Assembly: GCF_001194135.2 (NCBI RefSeq)
Contig: NC_068985.1
Coordinates: 90,373,206 to 90,416,946 of the forward strand
Length of the DNA stretch: 43,741 nucleotides
DNA from: Octopus bimaculoides
Lineage: Eukaryota
Reading direction: 5' to 3'
Shown: in pieces, positions 10,794-22,900 of the stretch
How the letters are laid out: every line of letters starts with the position of its first letter
Numbering within the stretch: the first letter of the stretch is position 1
Made by a program: the position numbers and the translations under genes
The notes under the pieces: model-generated
Databases searched by the model: none
What the model was told of the DNA's origin: nothing
Seen by the model: only the letters and a program-made list of their open reading frames with translations

Positions 10794-12109
10794 AGTTACT
10801 CTTCGCAAATGCTTAATATAATGGGACCTGGAATGAAAAAGAATAATTGCATTGTAAATTCGAACCGCTGAAAACATATTAAGACGCTTAGATCCAAAAT
10901 TTTGAAAATTAAAAGTGTCTATTTACTTCCTGCATGTCTGTGTATATATATGTATTTATATTTATGTCTATTTATATGTATGTTTGTTTGTGATTTTTTC
11001 CGTTATGCATTTCATCCATGCGGTGGCGGTCATGTTGGAGTACCACTGGGATTTCTTTCGTTTTAACTCAAGAAAGTTACATTTTGAAGATATCCACATT
11101 GTGTACGTTTCTCTTTTTTGCATATACTTGAAGATCTATGAACCATTAAACTGTAAGTTATGCACTACCTGATCCTAACTTCAGTTGCGGTACACAGTGA
11201 ATTTGGTACTGCACAAAGACATCCAGTTCAGCGAAATGATACTGGAAATATATCGGAATGTGTATGTAATTTCCTTTAATGCTCTCGGCAAGGATTATTG
11301 CTTACAAGTTATTACATAACAAAAAAAAAATCTTATTAAAAAGTTGTTACTGATATAAAACTGAATTTAAGATATTGAAATACACATAAATATTAAATGA
11401 ACGAGAGTATGTGCAAAAGCAACGTTTCACAACGTGAATGTATTTCTGTAAATTTAAAGGAAATCGACGAAAATCCTGACACACAGAACATCTGATCTAC
11501 GAGGTATTCTCACGTACTAACATCATTACAGTAACTAAATTCTAGAAGTGGGACAAAAATATTTCTCATTTCATAGTATACTGTGGTATTGAGAAATAAA
11601 TGAGAAAAAAAAATATATGGTTGNNNNNNNNNNNNNNNNNNNNNNNNNNNNNNNNNNNNNNNNNNNNNNNNNNNNNNNNNNNNNNNNNNNNNNNNNNNNN
11701 NNNNNNNNNNNNNNNNNNNNNNNNNNNNNNNNNNNNNNNNNNNNNNNNNNNNNNNNNNNNNNNNNNNNNNNNNNNNNNNNNNNNNNNNNNNNNNNNNNNN
11801 NNNNNNNNNNNNNNNNNNNNNNNNNNNNNNNNNNNNNNNNNNNNNNNNNNNNNNNNNNNNNNNNNNNNNNNNNNNNNNNNNNNNNNNNNNNNNNNNNNNN
11901 NNNNNNNNNNNNNNNNNNNNNNNNNNNNNNNNNNNNNNNNNNNNNNNNNNNNNNNNNNNNNNNNNNNNNNNNNNNNNNNNNNNNNNNNNNNNNNNNNNAT
12001 ATATAGATAGATAGATAGAGAGATAGAGAGATAGATAGATAGATAGATAGATATATATACATATACATATGCATGTGTACGTGAGTGTGTGTGTGTGTGT
12101 GTGTGTGTG

Positions 12110-12322
12110 CGTGCGTGTCTCTTTGTGTCTGTGTTTGTTGCCCACCAACCATCCCTTCAAAACCGATATTGGTGTGTTTACGTTCCCGTAACTTACCGGT
12201 TCAGTTAAATGGACTGATCGAAGAAGTACAAAATATTACAAGAATAAGTCGATTCCTTCGACTAAAAGGCGTTGCTCCGGCATGGCCGTCGTGAAATGAC
12301 TGAAACAAGTAAAAGTATAAAA
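12110..12322 (+). mobile_element. SINE family B, 3' half
   Basis: ggtgtgtttacgt.cccgtaactta.cggttc...agaataagtc..cgactaaa.ggcg.tgctcc.gcatggccg...aatgactgaaacaagtaaaag matches 39640-39844. Confidence 0.85.
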
Positions 12323-13863
12323 TAATAACAAAATTATATATAATTCTGTATGCATTCCGCACGCATTTTAATTAAGACATCAAACAAAACAAAATAAAAT
12401 AAATTTCGTATAAATTATATTCCTTATGCAAAGAGATTTTCAGTACCAAGTTGCGTTGGTCTACATCAAAATAGTCTGAGAAAAATACAGTTGTGCATAT
12501 TGACTATCTATGTACTGCTGAATTCGCGATTAGCATAAGAGTTAAACATTTATACAAGTAAGCGAATTAGAATGGTTTTGGATAATCTGCATATGAGAAA
12601 GAAAATTAGCTGCGAAGTGATGTAGAATACATATGGCAGATATCTAGTACCATGAACACACGCAACGAAACGTATTTGTTTCTCGTGGAACGTTTTTCTT
12701 TGATCATACGTTTACACTTTGAAGATGTACTGGAGCCTAAAGTCAAAAATACGGTCTACTATTGTCTGTTATTGAAATCCAACATGTCCATGACCAACAC
12801 TCTAGACTCAGCAATCCATCGCATTCCGAAAGATGTAAAATGTCAAAACGCCCATATGTATGTATATATATATATATATATATATATNNNNNNNNNNNNN
12901 NNNNNNNNNNNNNNNNNNNNNNNNNNNNNNNNNNNNNNNNNNNNNNNNNNNNNNNNNNNNNNNNNNNNNNNNNNNNNNNNNNNNNNNNNNNNNNNNNNNN
13001 NNNNNNNNNNNNNNNNNNNNNNNNNNNNNNNNNNNNNNNNNNNNNNNNNNNNNNNNNNNNNNNNNNNNNNNNNNNNNNNNNNNNNNNNNNNNNNNNNNNN
13101 NNNNNNNNNNNNNNNNNNNNNNNNNNNNNNNNNNNNNNNNNNNNNNNNNNNNNNNNNNNNNNNNNNNNNNNNNNNNNNNNNNNNNNNNNNNNNNNNNNNN
13201 NNNNNNNNNNNNNNNNNNNNNNNNNNNNNNNNNNNNNNNNNNNNNNNNNNNNNNNNNNNNNNNNNNNNNNNNNNNNNNNNNNNNNNNNNNNNNNNNNNNN
13301 NNNNNNNNNNNNNNNNNNNNNNNNNNNNNNNNNNNNNNNNNNNNNNNNNNNNNNNNNNNNNNNNNNNNNNNNNNNNNNNNNNNNNNNNNNNNNNNNNNNN
13401 NNNNNNNNNNNNNNNNNNNNNNNNNNNNNNNNNNNNNNNNNNNNNNNNNNNNNNNNNNNNNNNNNNNNNNNNNNNNNNNNNNNNNNNNNNNNNNNNNNNN
13501 NNNNNNNNNNNNNNNNNNNNNNNNNNNNNNNNNNNNNNNNNNNNNNNNNNNNNNNNNNNNNNNNNNNNNNNNNNNNNNNNNNNNNNNNNNNNNNNNNNNN
13601 NNNNNNNNNNNNNNNNNNNNNNNNNNNNNNNNNNNNNNNNNNNNNNNNNNNNNNNNNNNNNNNNNNNNNNNNNNNNNNNNNNNNNNNNNNNNNNNNNNNN
13701 NNNNNNNNNNNNNNNNNNNNNNNNNNNNNNNNNNNNNNNNNNNNNNNNNNNNNNNNNNNNNNNNNNNNNNNNNNNNNNNNNNNNNNNNNNNNNNNNNNNN
13801 NNNNNNNNNNNNNNNNNNNNNNNNNNNNNNNNNNNNNNNNNNNNNNNNNNNNNNNNNNNNNNN

Positions 13864-13899
<36 letters not shown>

Positions 13900-14387
13900 G
13901 CACTCACACACAACCACACACAAGTACTCACATATATCTATTTGAATGCATATAAGTATATATAAGTACGCATGAATATATACATACTCACACATTTATC
14001 AGTTCTCCATATTCATCCTGAGTTAAATGCTTGATATTTATTTGTTTCGATTAGTTCAAGTCTCACCGATACCAGTTCTAATAATATGTCAGGGGGATAT
14101 ATAAAGAAGGAAATCAATTAAAGAATATTTATCTTGGTACTTCTTCCGAAGGTTAATCAATGGCGATGTATGTAACTTGAAACTTTAATATTCCTGGAGT
14201 GGACATATGTTTTTTTATACGTCTAGCGCAAAAGTGACATGCGCAGTACGTATGGTGATTAATATATTTTATTCTAAAGATGATTTGTTTAAACTAATAC
14301 TCTGGTATTCCAATATGTATTTACTTTAAACATTTTCTGACTATGTTTTGTATTCTCTAGCTTGATTGTTTATATTTTATATACGAG

Positions 14388-14484
14388 AGGCGCGGGAGTG
14401 TCTGTGTGGTAAGTAGCTTGCCTACCTAACACATGGTTTCGAGTTCAGTCCCACTGCGTGACACCTTGGGCAAGTGTCTTCTAC

Positions 14485-14486
<2 letters not shown>
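14388..14486 (+). mobile_element. SINE family B head only
   Basis: aggcgcgggagtgtctgtgtggtaagtagcttg...gttcagtcccactgcgtgacaccttgggcaagtgtcttctacta, nearly identical to 39431-39528, then breaks into (GATA)n. Confidence 0.9.

Positions 14487-14538
<52 letters not shown>
14487..14538. repeat. (GATA)n microsatellite
   Basis: Perfect GATA run. Confidence 0.95.
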
Positions 14539-15249
14539 TGTATGCATCAAGTGTTATATTAGGCTTCGTGCGTTGTTAAATATTGTTATTTTAGAAGACA
14601 TAGTATCTCATACTATATGATGGAGAGGCTTCACAATAGGATATTAAAACATTGGTTTTGTTAAAAGGAAACTTTAATTCATGACATCATAAATCATATT
14701 CTTCAGGTGGAGCATTATGATACTAAATACATTTCCTAAATCTTCTATTTGTTTCAATTCCAATGAACAGCGAAGACCATGTTACCATAAACTACACTTC
14801 ACAGAATTTGGCAACTGGCTAAAGAGTTACTGTCATAGAAATATAAAATAGTGTTATTGTATGCAATGATAGTCATAGATTGAAGACAAGTTATTCAACG
14901 AGATATTTCATCATAAGTATTAACTAAAGCAAATATTTTCACAATCTTACGTCTATTACGGTTTCAGCTGCTAGCTATATCGCGAAATTTATAACAAGCG
15001 GTTTTGTAGATTCCTATATTTTTCTTGGAAACATTTAGATATTGCACCGTGTAAATATTTGCAAAATATTTCGAAGATAGAGAGGTAAATAAGTCAAACG
15101 TTGATACTCGAAAGACAGTCATCTTTCCAGAAAATCAAATTAACCAACCTTCAAAACTGATTACCCAGTTAAAATCACCCGTACTGTTATTGCTTCTTCC
15201 ACAAGCATTGATTTCAAATATTCGTACTATGCCAGTAATTTTAAGAGAA

Positions 15250-15410
15250 CGGGTGAGTCGTTTACATCAACCTCACTCCTCAACTTTTAAAGTACGAAAG
15301 GTAAAGTCGAACTGAACGGAATTTTAATCTCGGAACGTAATGATGGACGAAATATCGTTAAGCATTTTGACTGGCATTATAATGATTGTGCCATCTCACT
15401 ACCAGCTATT
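15250..15410 (-). mobile_element. Degenerate SINE family A copy
   Basis: gaaaggtaaagtcga...ggaatttt..tc.gaacgtaa.ga.ggacgaaata.cg.taagcattt aligns to 2295-2375. Confidence 0.7.
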
Positions 15411-16367
15411 TTCATGGCTATTAAAATTTAAACCACTCATATCTGGCCAAAATAGACTTCTTGCTTTAAGTTCAAGCGGCAGGATCTGATCTCTCCCGCG
15501 TATTCTTCAATGAACTGATACATAGAAAGTCATATTCCTGACATTTCGACGCTACGAGACAAAACATGATTAATTCAAGGCAATATGAATAAACGTTATA
15601 TTCAAATCTGACACAGGTCTATTGAGGCCCTCACCACGTATATAGTGTGTGAAAAGCATTTTAGACAGCAGACACAATGCTGAGCTAGGATTATTAGGAT
15701 CCAGGCGTGAAAATGATGGAATATTAGTCAAACATATGACTCTCGCTGCCAATTACAGTTAAATAATGTATCACAGTTTATTTAATTCCAAAAATGTTTT
15801 TTTTTTTAGAATCTACAGACTCTTCTTTACGAGTTCATAACTTATTCAAAATTATGTACTTTTGGGTAAAATATAATACTGGAAAATATTAACATTTGTT
15901 AATATACCAATCTGAAAGCAAAAACGAAAATATTTATAAAATGGAATGAATGTCATATAGCTTTCAGAATGTAAAAATAAAAAAAAAACAATGATTTCAT
16001 GGAAGTTGCGGAATATCAGTAACCATATTACGTTATTTAACTCATAAATATTTAATTAACTTAGTCATTTCGGCACATGACTTTGTTTGATAGTGTTGTT
16101 CTGTGTCCTATTTGTATAAATCGACTTAGTATTTACGACACTTCATATCTATGATGTTGTGCACTGACATAGTAAATGAAACACATTCATATTTAACACA
16201 ACGTAATATTTCAAAGTTTGTTTAAGTAAGATATGAAAAATGCATACACATACGCGTGCAATCCCACACACTCAAGCACACAAATGCACATACGTATATG
16301 TAAGTTATGTGTGTACTTAGACATATACACACACATAGGTATATATGTGGGTAACACAATATGGATG

Positions 16368-16416
<49 letters not shown>

Positions 16417-17272
16417 TATACAGGGATTAGCATTGAGTTGCTTCTCCAACATACTGAAAATTTAGAAATAGCAGTCAAAGAACTACTGATTCTAAACTAC
16501 AAATTTTTCTCTAAACGGATGGCGATATTTATGGCACACATAGANNNNNNNNNNNNNNNNNNNNNNNNNNNNNNNNNNNNNNNNNNNNNNNNNNNNNNNN
16601 NNNNNNNNNNNNNNNNNNNNNNNNNNNNNNNNNNNNNNNNNNNNNNNNNNNNNNNNNNNNNNNNNNNNNNNNNNNNNNNNNNNNNNNNNNNNNNNNNNNN
16701 NNNNNNNNNNNNNNNNNNNNNNNNNNNNNNNNNNNNNNNNNNNNNNNNNNNNNNNNNNNNNNNNNNNNNNNNNNNNNNNNNNNNNNNNNNNNNNNNNNNN
16801 NNNNNNNNNNNNNNNNNNNNNNNNNNNNNNNNNNNNNNNNNNNNNNNNNNNNNNNNNNNNNNNNNNNNNNNNNNNNNNNNNNNNNNNNNNNNNNNNNNNN
16901 NNNNNNNNNNNNNNNNNNNNNNNNNNNNNNNNNNNNNNNNNNNNNNNNNNNNNNNNNNNNNATATATATATATATATATATATATAAACAAATAGGGTAA
17001 AAAATCGTATATTAATTAATATCGATTAATTACCAGGAAGCAAGCACGTTTAAAGAATCAAAGATATTCAGAAACAGTATCTGCAATCTCCGGGGATTAA
17101 AATACATGTTTATATATAACGTTGACCACTAACGTGGACATTCAATGTGCTAGAAATAGATCACCTCTTGTGTCTATTAAGACCTAAATTTTTCTGAACA
17201 TGAAATATAGCGGAATACCAAAACGTAAGCGGGCAAGTCATTTAAAATCACCGAAAAAAGATCATTATTAAA

Positions 17273-17329
17273 CAGGGACCGGTTTCAAAATTTAACAACC
17301 TTACCGACTGTCTATTTCTCTTCAGCCTG
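17273..17329 (-). ncRNA. Minimal type I hammerhead ribozyme (PLE type), intact core
   Basis: Minus strand: CAGG-CUGAAGA-GAAAU(22-nt loop)AUUUU-GAA-ACCGGU-C-CCUG. Stem I CAGG/CCUG, stem II GAAAU/AUUUU, palindromic stem III ACCGGU and GUC cleavage triplet. Confidence 0.8.
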
Positions 17330-17840
17330 ATTTGTAATGTAACCATAATCCTCAGAACCCTATACAAAGTTGCCCACCGCCATAGGTGCGCGTGTATATG
17401 GTTCTGCTAATTATAGCTTAATGGTAAAATTCAAAAGTCTTCCTTTTGGCGCGCTAATTCCAGGAGTATGTCTGCAGAAAATATTTACTGCGTTGCATAT
17501 ATGCAGTATGAGAACTCGGTAATGGTTAATATATGAACAAATAGGGTAAACAGTCATATATTAATTAATATCGATTAATTACCAGGAAGCTAGCACACTT
17601 AAAGAATCAAAGAGATTCAGAAACAGTATCTGCAATCTCCGGGGATTAAAGTACATTTTTATATATAACGTTGACCACTAACGTGGACATTCAATGTGCT
17701 AGAAATAGATCACATCTTGTGTTTATTAAGACCTAAATTGTTCTCAACATGATATATAGCGTGATACCAAAACGTAAGCGGACAAGACATTTAAAGGCAA
17801 CTTTCTATAGCGTTCTGAGGATTATGGTTACATTACAAAT

Positions 17841-17897
17841 CAGGCTGAAGTGAAATAGACAGTCAGTATGATTGTTAAATTTTGAAACCGGTCCCTG
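17841..17897 (+). ncRNA. Hammerhead copy in the inverted pLTR, with core mutation A9>U
   Basis: cagg-ctgaagT-gaaat...atttt-gaaaccggtc-cctg; same fold as 17273-17329 but CUGAAGU instead of CUGAAGA. Confidence 0.7.
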
Positions 17898-18037
17898 TTT
17901 AATAATGATTTTTTTTTCGGTGCCCGCTTACGTTTTTGTATTCCGCTATATTTCATGTTGAGAACAATTTAGGTCATAATAGACACAAGATGTGATCTAT
18001 TTCTAGCACATTGAATGTCCACGTTAGTGGTCAACGT

Positions 18038-18078
<41 letters not shown>

Positions 18079-18959
18079 ATGTGTGTGTGGTGTGTGTGTG
18101 TGCGTGTGTGGTGTGTGTGCGCGTGTGTGGGCGTGTGTGTGCGTGTGTATGTGCGTGCGTGTGCGTGCGTGTATAGTTGAAAAATGAACAGCAATGGCTC
18201 TTCAGATAATTTTCTATATATTTTTTTATATAATACTGTACTAAGGATGTCTTATTCTACTTCTATTACTACTGCACACACACACACATATACTTATACA
18301 CACGCACACACATACACACACGAAGAGCATAGTAAATATATAGGATGGTATATATTAGCCCTCTTACATAAAGTGCAGTTTGAAGTTTAAATTTGTGATA
18401 CTGAACTAAAGTATTGAAATCCGAGTATAAATCGTTTGTATCACAATCACACACTATAAAGTGTCCTGAAGATACCTCAGTTTTCTTATATTGTCCTCTG
18501 GAAATAGAAATCCATCTGAATACCTAACAGAACGCCACTGAATTATGTTTAGACCACGCACCGTCATCACATTTGAGGAAGGTATCCATTAAAGCTAACA
18601 CTAATTTACCTTTTGAAGCGAAATCGAACCTGTGTATCAAAGAGAATTTGGACTTCAGGCAGGAACAACTAAGTTGCATGTCCATTTAACTGAGAAATGA
18701 TGCCTTCCGCTACGCAGTCGATAAGATCTCAAGCATCAAAAGAGAAAATCAAGTTGTAGGATTTTCTAAGTTGTAATGATAGAGATAGAGCGACACCTTG
18801 TTTCAAAGCGTGTAACATTTATCAACTAGAAAGCCTCACTTTTACGAGGACACATCCGCACACATGAAAGCAATGATTGAAGCTGAATAAATCAGTAGAC
18901 GTTGCAACGCTTTCTGGACGTCTGCCGAAATATCCAACACCTCTTCGACAAAACGAATG

Positions 18960-19500
18960 CCTTCACACAAAATATAAACAAACGGACACCAATTAGTTCT
19001 TGAAGAATAAATCATATCATGGACCGAACAATTTGATGGGAGTAGATTCAAATATTACTAAGAGTTCTATTTGCCCGATGGGTCTCTTCAGAAATAGAAT
19101 TGAAAATATAAATTGTTTCATTGTCAAGGACGCCTGTCTAACTATGATAGTATTGGGCAAGGTTCTCACCTCCTTCAGCTGCGAATAAAATCTCGTTGTA
19201 AGAATATCAGTAGTAAAGTACTAGTAGCTGAATCCGTCGCTCCTACGGCCAACAACGTAAATAAATACTTCTGTGACATGCCATTGATGGAAATTGGGAG
19301 AGTTACTGCACCAACTGCGTAATCAATTAACTCGATAACAGGCAAAGAAAAACTGAGAGCAAGAGTTACATTCACTCTACACGAACTAAATGATTTACAT
19401 TCCACGATTATAACTGAGACTGGAATCATTAACACTTACGTGAAGCAGACATCCCTCACTTTGTAATAAGTACAGAGTCAGAAGAACGAAAGTTGCTACA
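18960..19500 (+). pseudogene. Decayed coding-like segment of unknown family (possibly a retrotransposon ORF1 remnant)
   Basis: One frame reads protein-like across ~180 codons with several stops (..ISWTEQFDGSRFKYY*EFYLPDGSLQK..QGRLSNYDSIGQGSHLLQLRIKSRCK..MPLMEIGRVTAPTA*SINSITGKEKLRARVTFT..). No diagnostic motif recognised. Confidence 0.3.
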
Positions 19501-19512
19501 AATTGGCCGGGA

Positions 19513-19722
19513 TTCTTCTTCTTCTTCTTCTTCTTCTTCTTCTTCTTCTTCTTCTTCTTCTTCTTCTTCTTCTTCTTCGTCTTGTCTTTCTTCTTCTTCT
19601 TCTTCTTCTTCTTCTTCTTCTTCTTCTTCTTCTTCTTCTTCTTCTTCTTCTTCATTCTTCTTCTTCTTCTCCTTCTTCATTCTTCTTCTTCTTCTTCATC
19701 GTCTTCTTCTTCTTCTTCTTCT
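19513..19722. repeat. Long (TTC)n polypyrimidine microsatellite with few interruptions
   Basis: ~210 bp TTC run read directly; source of the spurious poly-K/E/L/S/F ORFs. Confidence 0.97.
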
Positions 19723-19725
19723 AAT

Positions 19726-19763
19726 TGTTATTATTATTACAATTATTATTATTATTATTATTA

Positions 19764-19799
<36 letters not shown>

Positions 19800-19800
19800 T
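19726..19800. repeat. (TTA)n microsatellite
   Basis: Direct reading. Confidence 0.95.
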
Positions 19801-19894
19801 TCATTTTATTTTACTCCTTAGAGCGCTCGACTTCCGTTCCTCCGTTAGATTCTGTGAGAGGAGACAGCAGCCTCCTGTCAGAGATCTCACAGTC

Positions 19895-19968
<74 letters not shown>
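19895..19968. repeat. (AAT)n immediately followed by (ATT)n
   Basis: Strand switch at about 19937 (…aataattattatt…). Confidence 0.95.
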
Positions 19969-19970
<2 letters not shown>

Positions 19971-22900
19971 ATAATAATATTTTGCAAGATTTATTTACAT
20001 CCTGCCGGCGTCTCCCTATACTATTTTCCCCAAGCAACCGTTAATTAGAAAAGGTAGAAAGATTTCAACATTTTCAAACTCTCACCTTTCTCTAAATATA
20101 AGTTACACCTTGGATATTTCTCTCTGCTGACTAGCGTTCGAGGTCAATAAATGCTATATTGACCTCCATTCAATCTGAAACTTTGAAATTTAGAGAGAAA
20201 AAAAATCTCATTTTCTACTAAATACAAAAAAATGTCATAAATGTTGAACACAATGCATTTTGTCACGAAATATTACTTAGGAATTGCAATCACTTCCTTT
20301 CCTGTGTATTTCTATTGAAATAATCTAGTTATGCATCTGATCTCATTTTAATGGAATATTTGATATAATTTAGAAAGATACTCCACTCTAGCACCACGGT
20401 AATTGCGGTCGAAACGTCTAAATTATGAGGAAATGTAGATGTCAAATACAAAGTGACAATGGCAACCTTAGAACTAAAAATTGATCTCATTCTATGTCTC
20501 AAAGTAATGTCTGGCAAAACATTTTACTTTGACCTGGTCTACCGTAAAATATAGGAACAGAATTGCTAGAGAACAAAGATATCAGCTTCTCATCATGAAA
20601 ATGACACCTTTTATACTTGCTGTTTATAATTCTCACTAATAGAGTAAAAGTGTGGTAATTCTATTAATGGTGATTCCTGAATGCATGTTGTATGCATTCA
20701 CAGATATATAAAAAAAGATGATATACTTCTCCAATGATATTAAATATAACTTGTGTCAATATGTATTAACGAATGTGAGATTATTTATTGGAATAAAACA
20801 AAAAGTTTCCTTCAAACAAGGCGCTCATTGCATATTTGCAAATAGTACAATTTTTATATATAATCAATACAGACAGCAATACGGTAGTCTGTTTAAGTAC
20901 ATCACATGTAACGATGTGAGCATTGGTTAGATTCAACTACGTGACATCTTGGGCGCGTGACTTGTCACATAGATTTAGATTGGCTTATGTCTAGTAAATG
21001 TAATTTATTAGATGAACAATCGTCATTTATGTGTGTAGGTATGTATAGCAGTATATGTTTACGTATGAACGAATATATGATTATAAGTGGGCTGTAATTG
21101 TACGGATGTGTATCTTAAGGGGAAACGATGTAAATATCTTCCACCAGAAAATAGCCGATTTTTTGTTGTCTTACGAATGCCTAATGTTGATTTTTTTCTG
21201 CACGTCTTGCAGAAAATTTATAGCTTGAACATTTGAAAAATAGAAAATACACCAAATTCATAACTTACATATAAATTCAACTTACCAATTTAAGTCAAAT
21301 TCATGTAGTGAGGAGGAAATTAAACTACAGTGTTTTGAATAAACAAATTAAATATTTAATATACCACATACAACTTCTAGGGCTGAATCTGTTTAATTGG
21401 ATGGAAATTAACGTTGGTCAATATGTGTATGGAAAATATCCTCTCGTGTTTGCGCAATGACAAGTAATTGAATATCCGGTGCCGCTCTTATAATTGTAGA
21501 CAACTTCATAGAATGCCTTACTTCATACATTAATTCCTTCTTTTGGTTGACAACCAGCTATCACTTGCGAGTAAGTATAACTTGGTTATATGCTTCTTAA
21601 ATGTATCAACGATTTATCAGCCTATATAGTTAAGAACAGATATAGAATCTCTCGAACGCCTCGCAATTTCCTTCACGGGAATATCAAAGAACGATCAGAT
21701 GGTGATACGTACGCATGTGCGATCTATCGATTGGTACTCAGATCAACCCATTCTTAACATATTTTAAGAATTGGTCTTATTCTCCTTTATTACTGTTACA
21801 TATTCTAATACTGGAGTTTCCCTAGATTATTTATCCAAGAAAGATTTTATCCTCTCAGTCTATGGAAATATATAACATTTACAAAATTTGTCTAATTGCA
21901 CATCTGTAAATACTAGATAATTATACTCGACCTTGAATGCCTGAGTTTGAAATTATGAGTAACGTAAGCATAATGTGTCTAATCTAAAATAAAGAGGGTG
22001 AGTGACAGAGGTCACCATTTTGTCTATTCTTTATACCGCGTAGACATGTTAGGTGTTACCTAATATCAAAAATGATATTACTAAATGCGCACATCATTTC
22101 ATCACCCAAATTCTAACCGTTTAATCCCTAATTGTTACATATGACCACATATCATTTTAGATAAAAGATTTTACAAATTCAGACTTGACAAAAATTTGGT
22201 TGCAAGACAATAACATTCGCGTTCGATGTACTGATTTGGTTCTCAACCAAAATTGTCCGACGAACAGGAACGTGAAACTCTGATTAATAGATTTTGTAAT
22301 GTTTTTGCAGCTTTATTAATACAGCATATTAATCTACCTGCAGTATTCGAGTACTAAAATTTTCCACCTTGTTTCACATTTTTGTGCTTACACTGGTATA
22401 TATGTATGTGTGTGTGTGTGTATTATATGCATATATAGATACATACATATCTATGCACAAAGACGTATACATATATATATGTGCGCGTGTGTGTGTGTGT
22501 GTGTTTCAAACAAGACACGCACGCACGTGCACACATATAGATATTTTGTGCGAATCCATTATTATATGCACACATGGGCTCATATTCCCTGAAGTGTTAC
22601 TATTTGATATTTACTTACATATGCAACGGTTATTTGTGTGTATCAATATTTTATGTGTGTATGTGGGTATATATGTGTTGATCTATCCATTTATATATCT
22701 TTATACACATTTGTGTTTGCATGTGTGTAGATACGTGTATATATACATATTCGTACACTCTCATACAAGCATTTATATATATGTGTGTGCGTGTGTGAGA
22801 ACATGTGAATATGTTTGCCTGAGTGTGCATGTTTGTGTGTGTATGGATGAGTGTTTGTGTGTGTTTGTGATCGTAGGTTTTAGATTATGCCAAAAAACAT

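Larger units (their letters stand above)
16986..18044 (-). mobile_element. Penelope-like element 3' end: ORF tail plus full pseudo-LTR, upstream partial direct pLTR and inverted partial pLTR
   Basis: 17536-17795 is a direct copy of 16987-17246. 17796-18044 is an inverted copy of 17374-17112 with a ~15-nt deletion. The spacer 17375-17535 translates on minus to SWN*RAKRKTFEF..AIISR..Y...GGGQLC, resembling the PLE GIY-YIG C-terminus. The repeat unit contains a hammerhead. Confidence 0.8.

Noticed and set aside
19395-20044. Poly-K/E/S/L/F/I ORFs
   Set aside because: Translations of (TTC)n and (TTA)n microsatellites.
20365-20426. GAAACGTC inside a 9-bp inverted repeat (ataatttag/ctaaattat), resembling the 3' half of a minimal hammerhead
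   Set aside because: No CUGANGA at the required position; at best a dead remnant, so it is not supportable.
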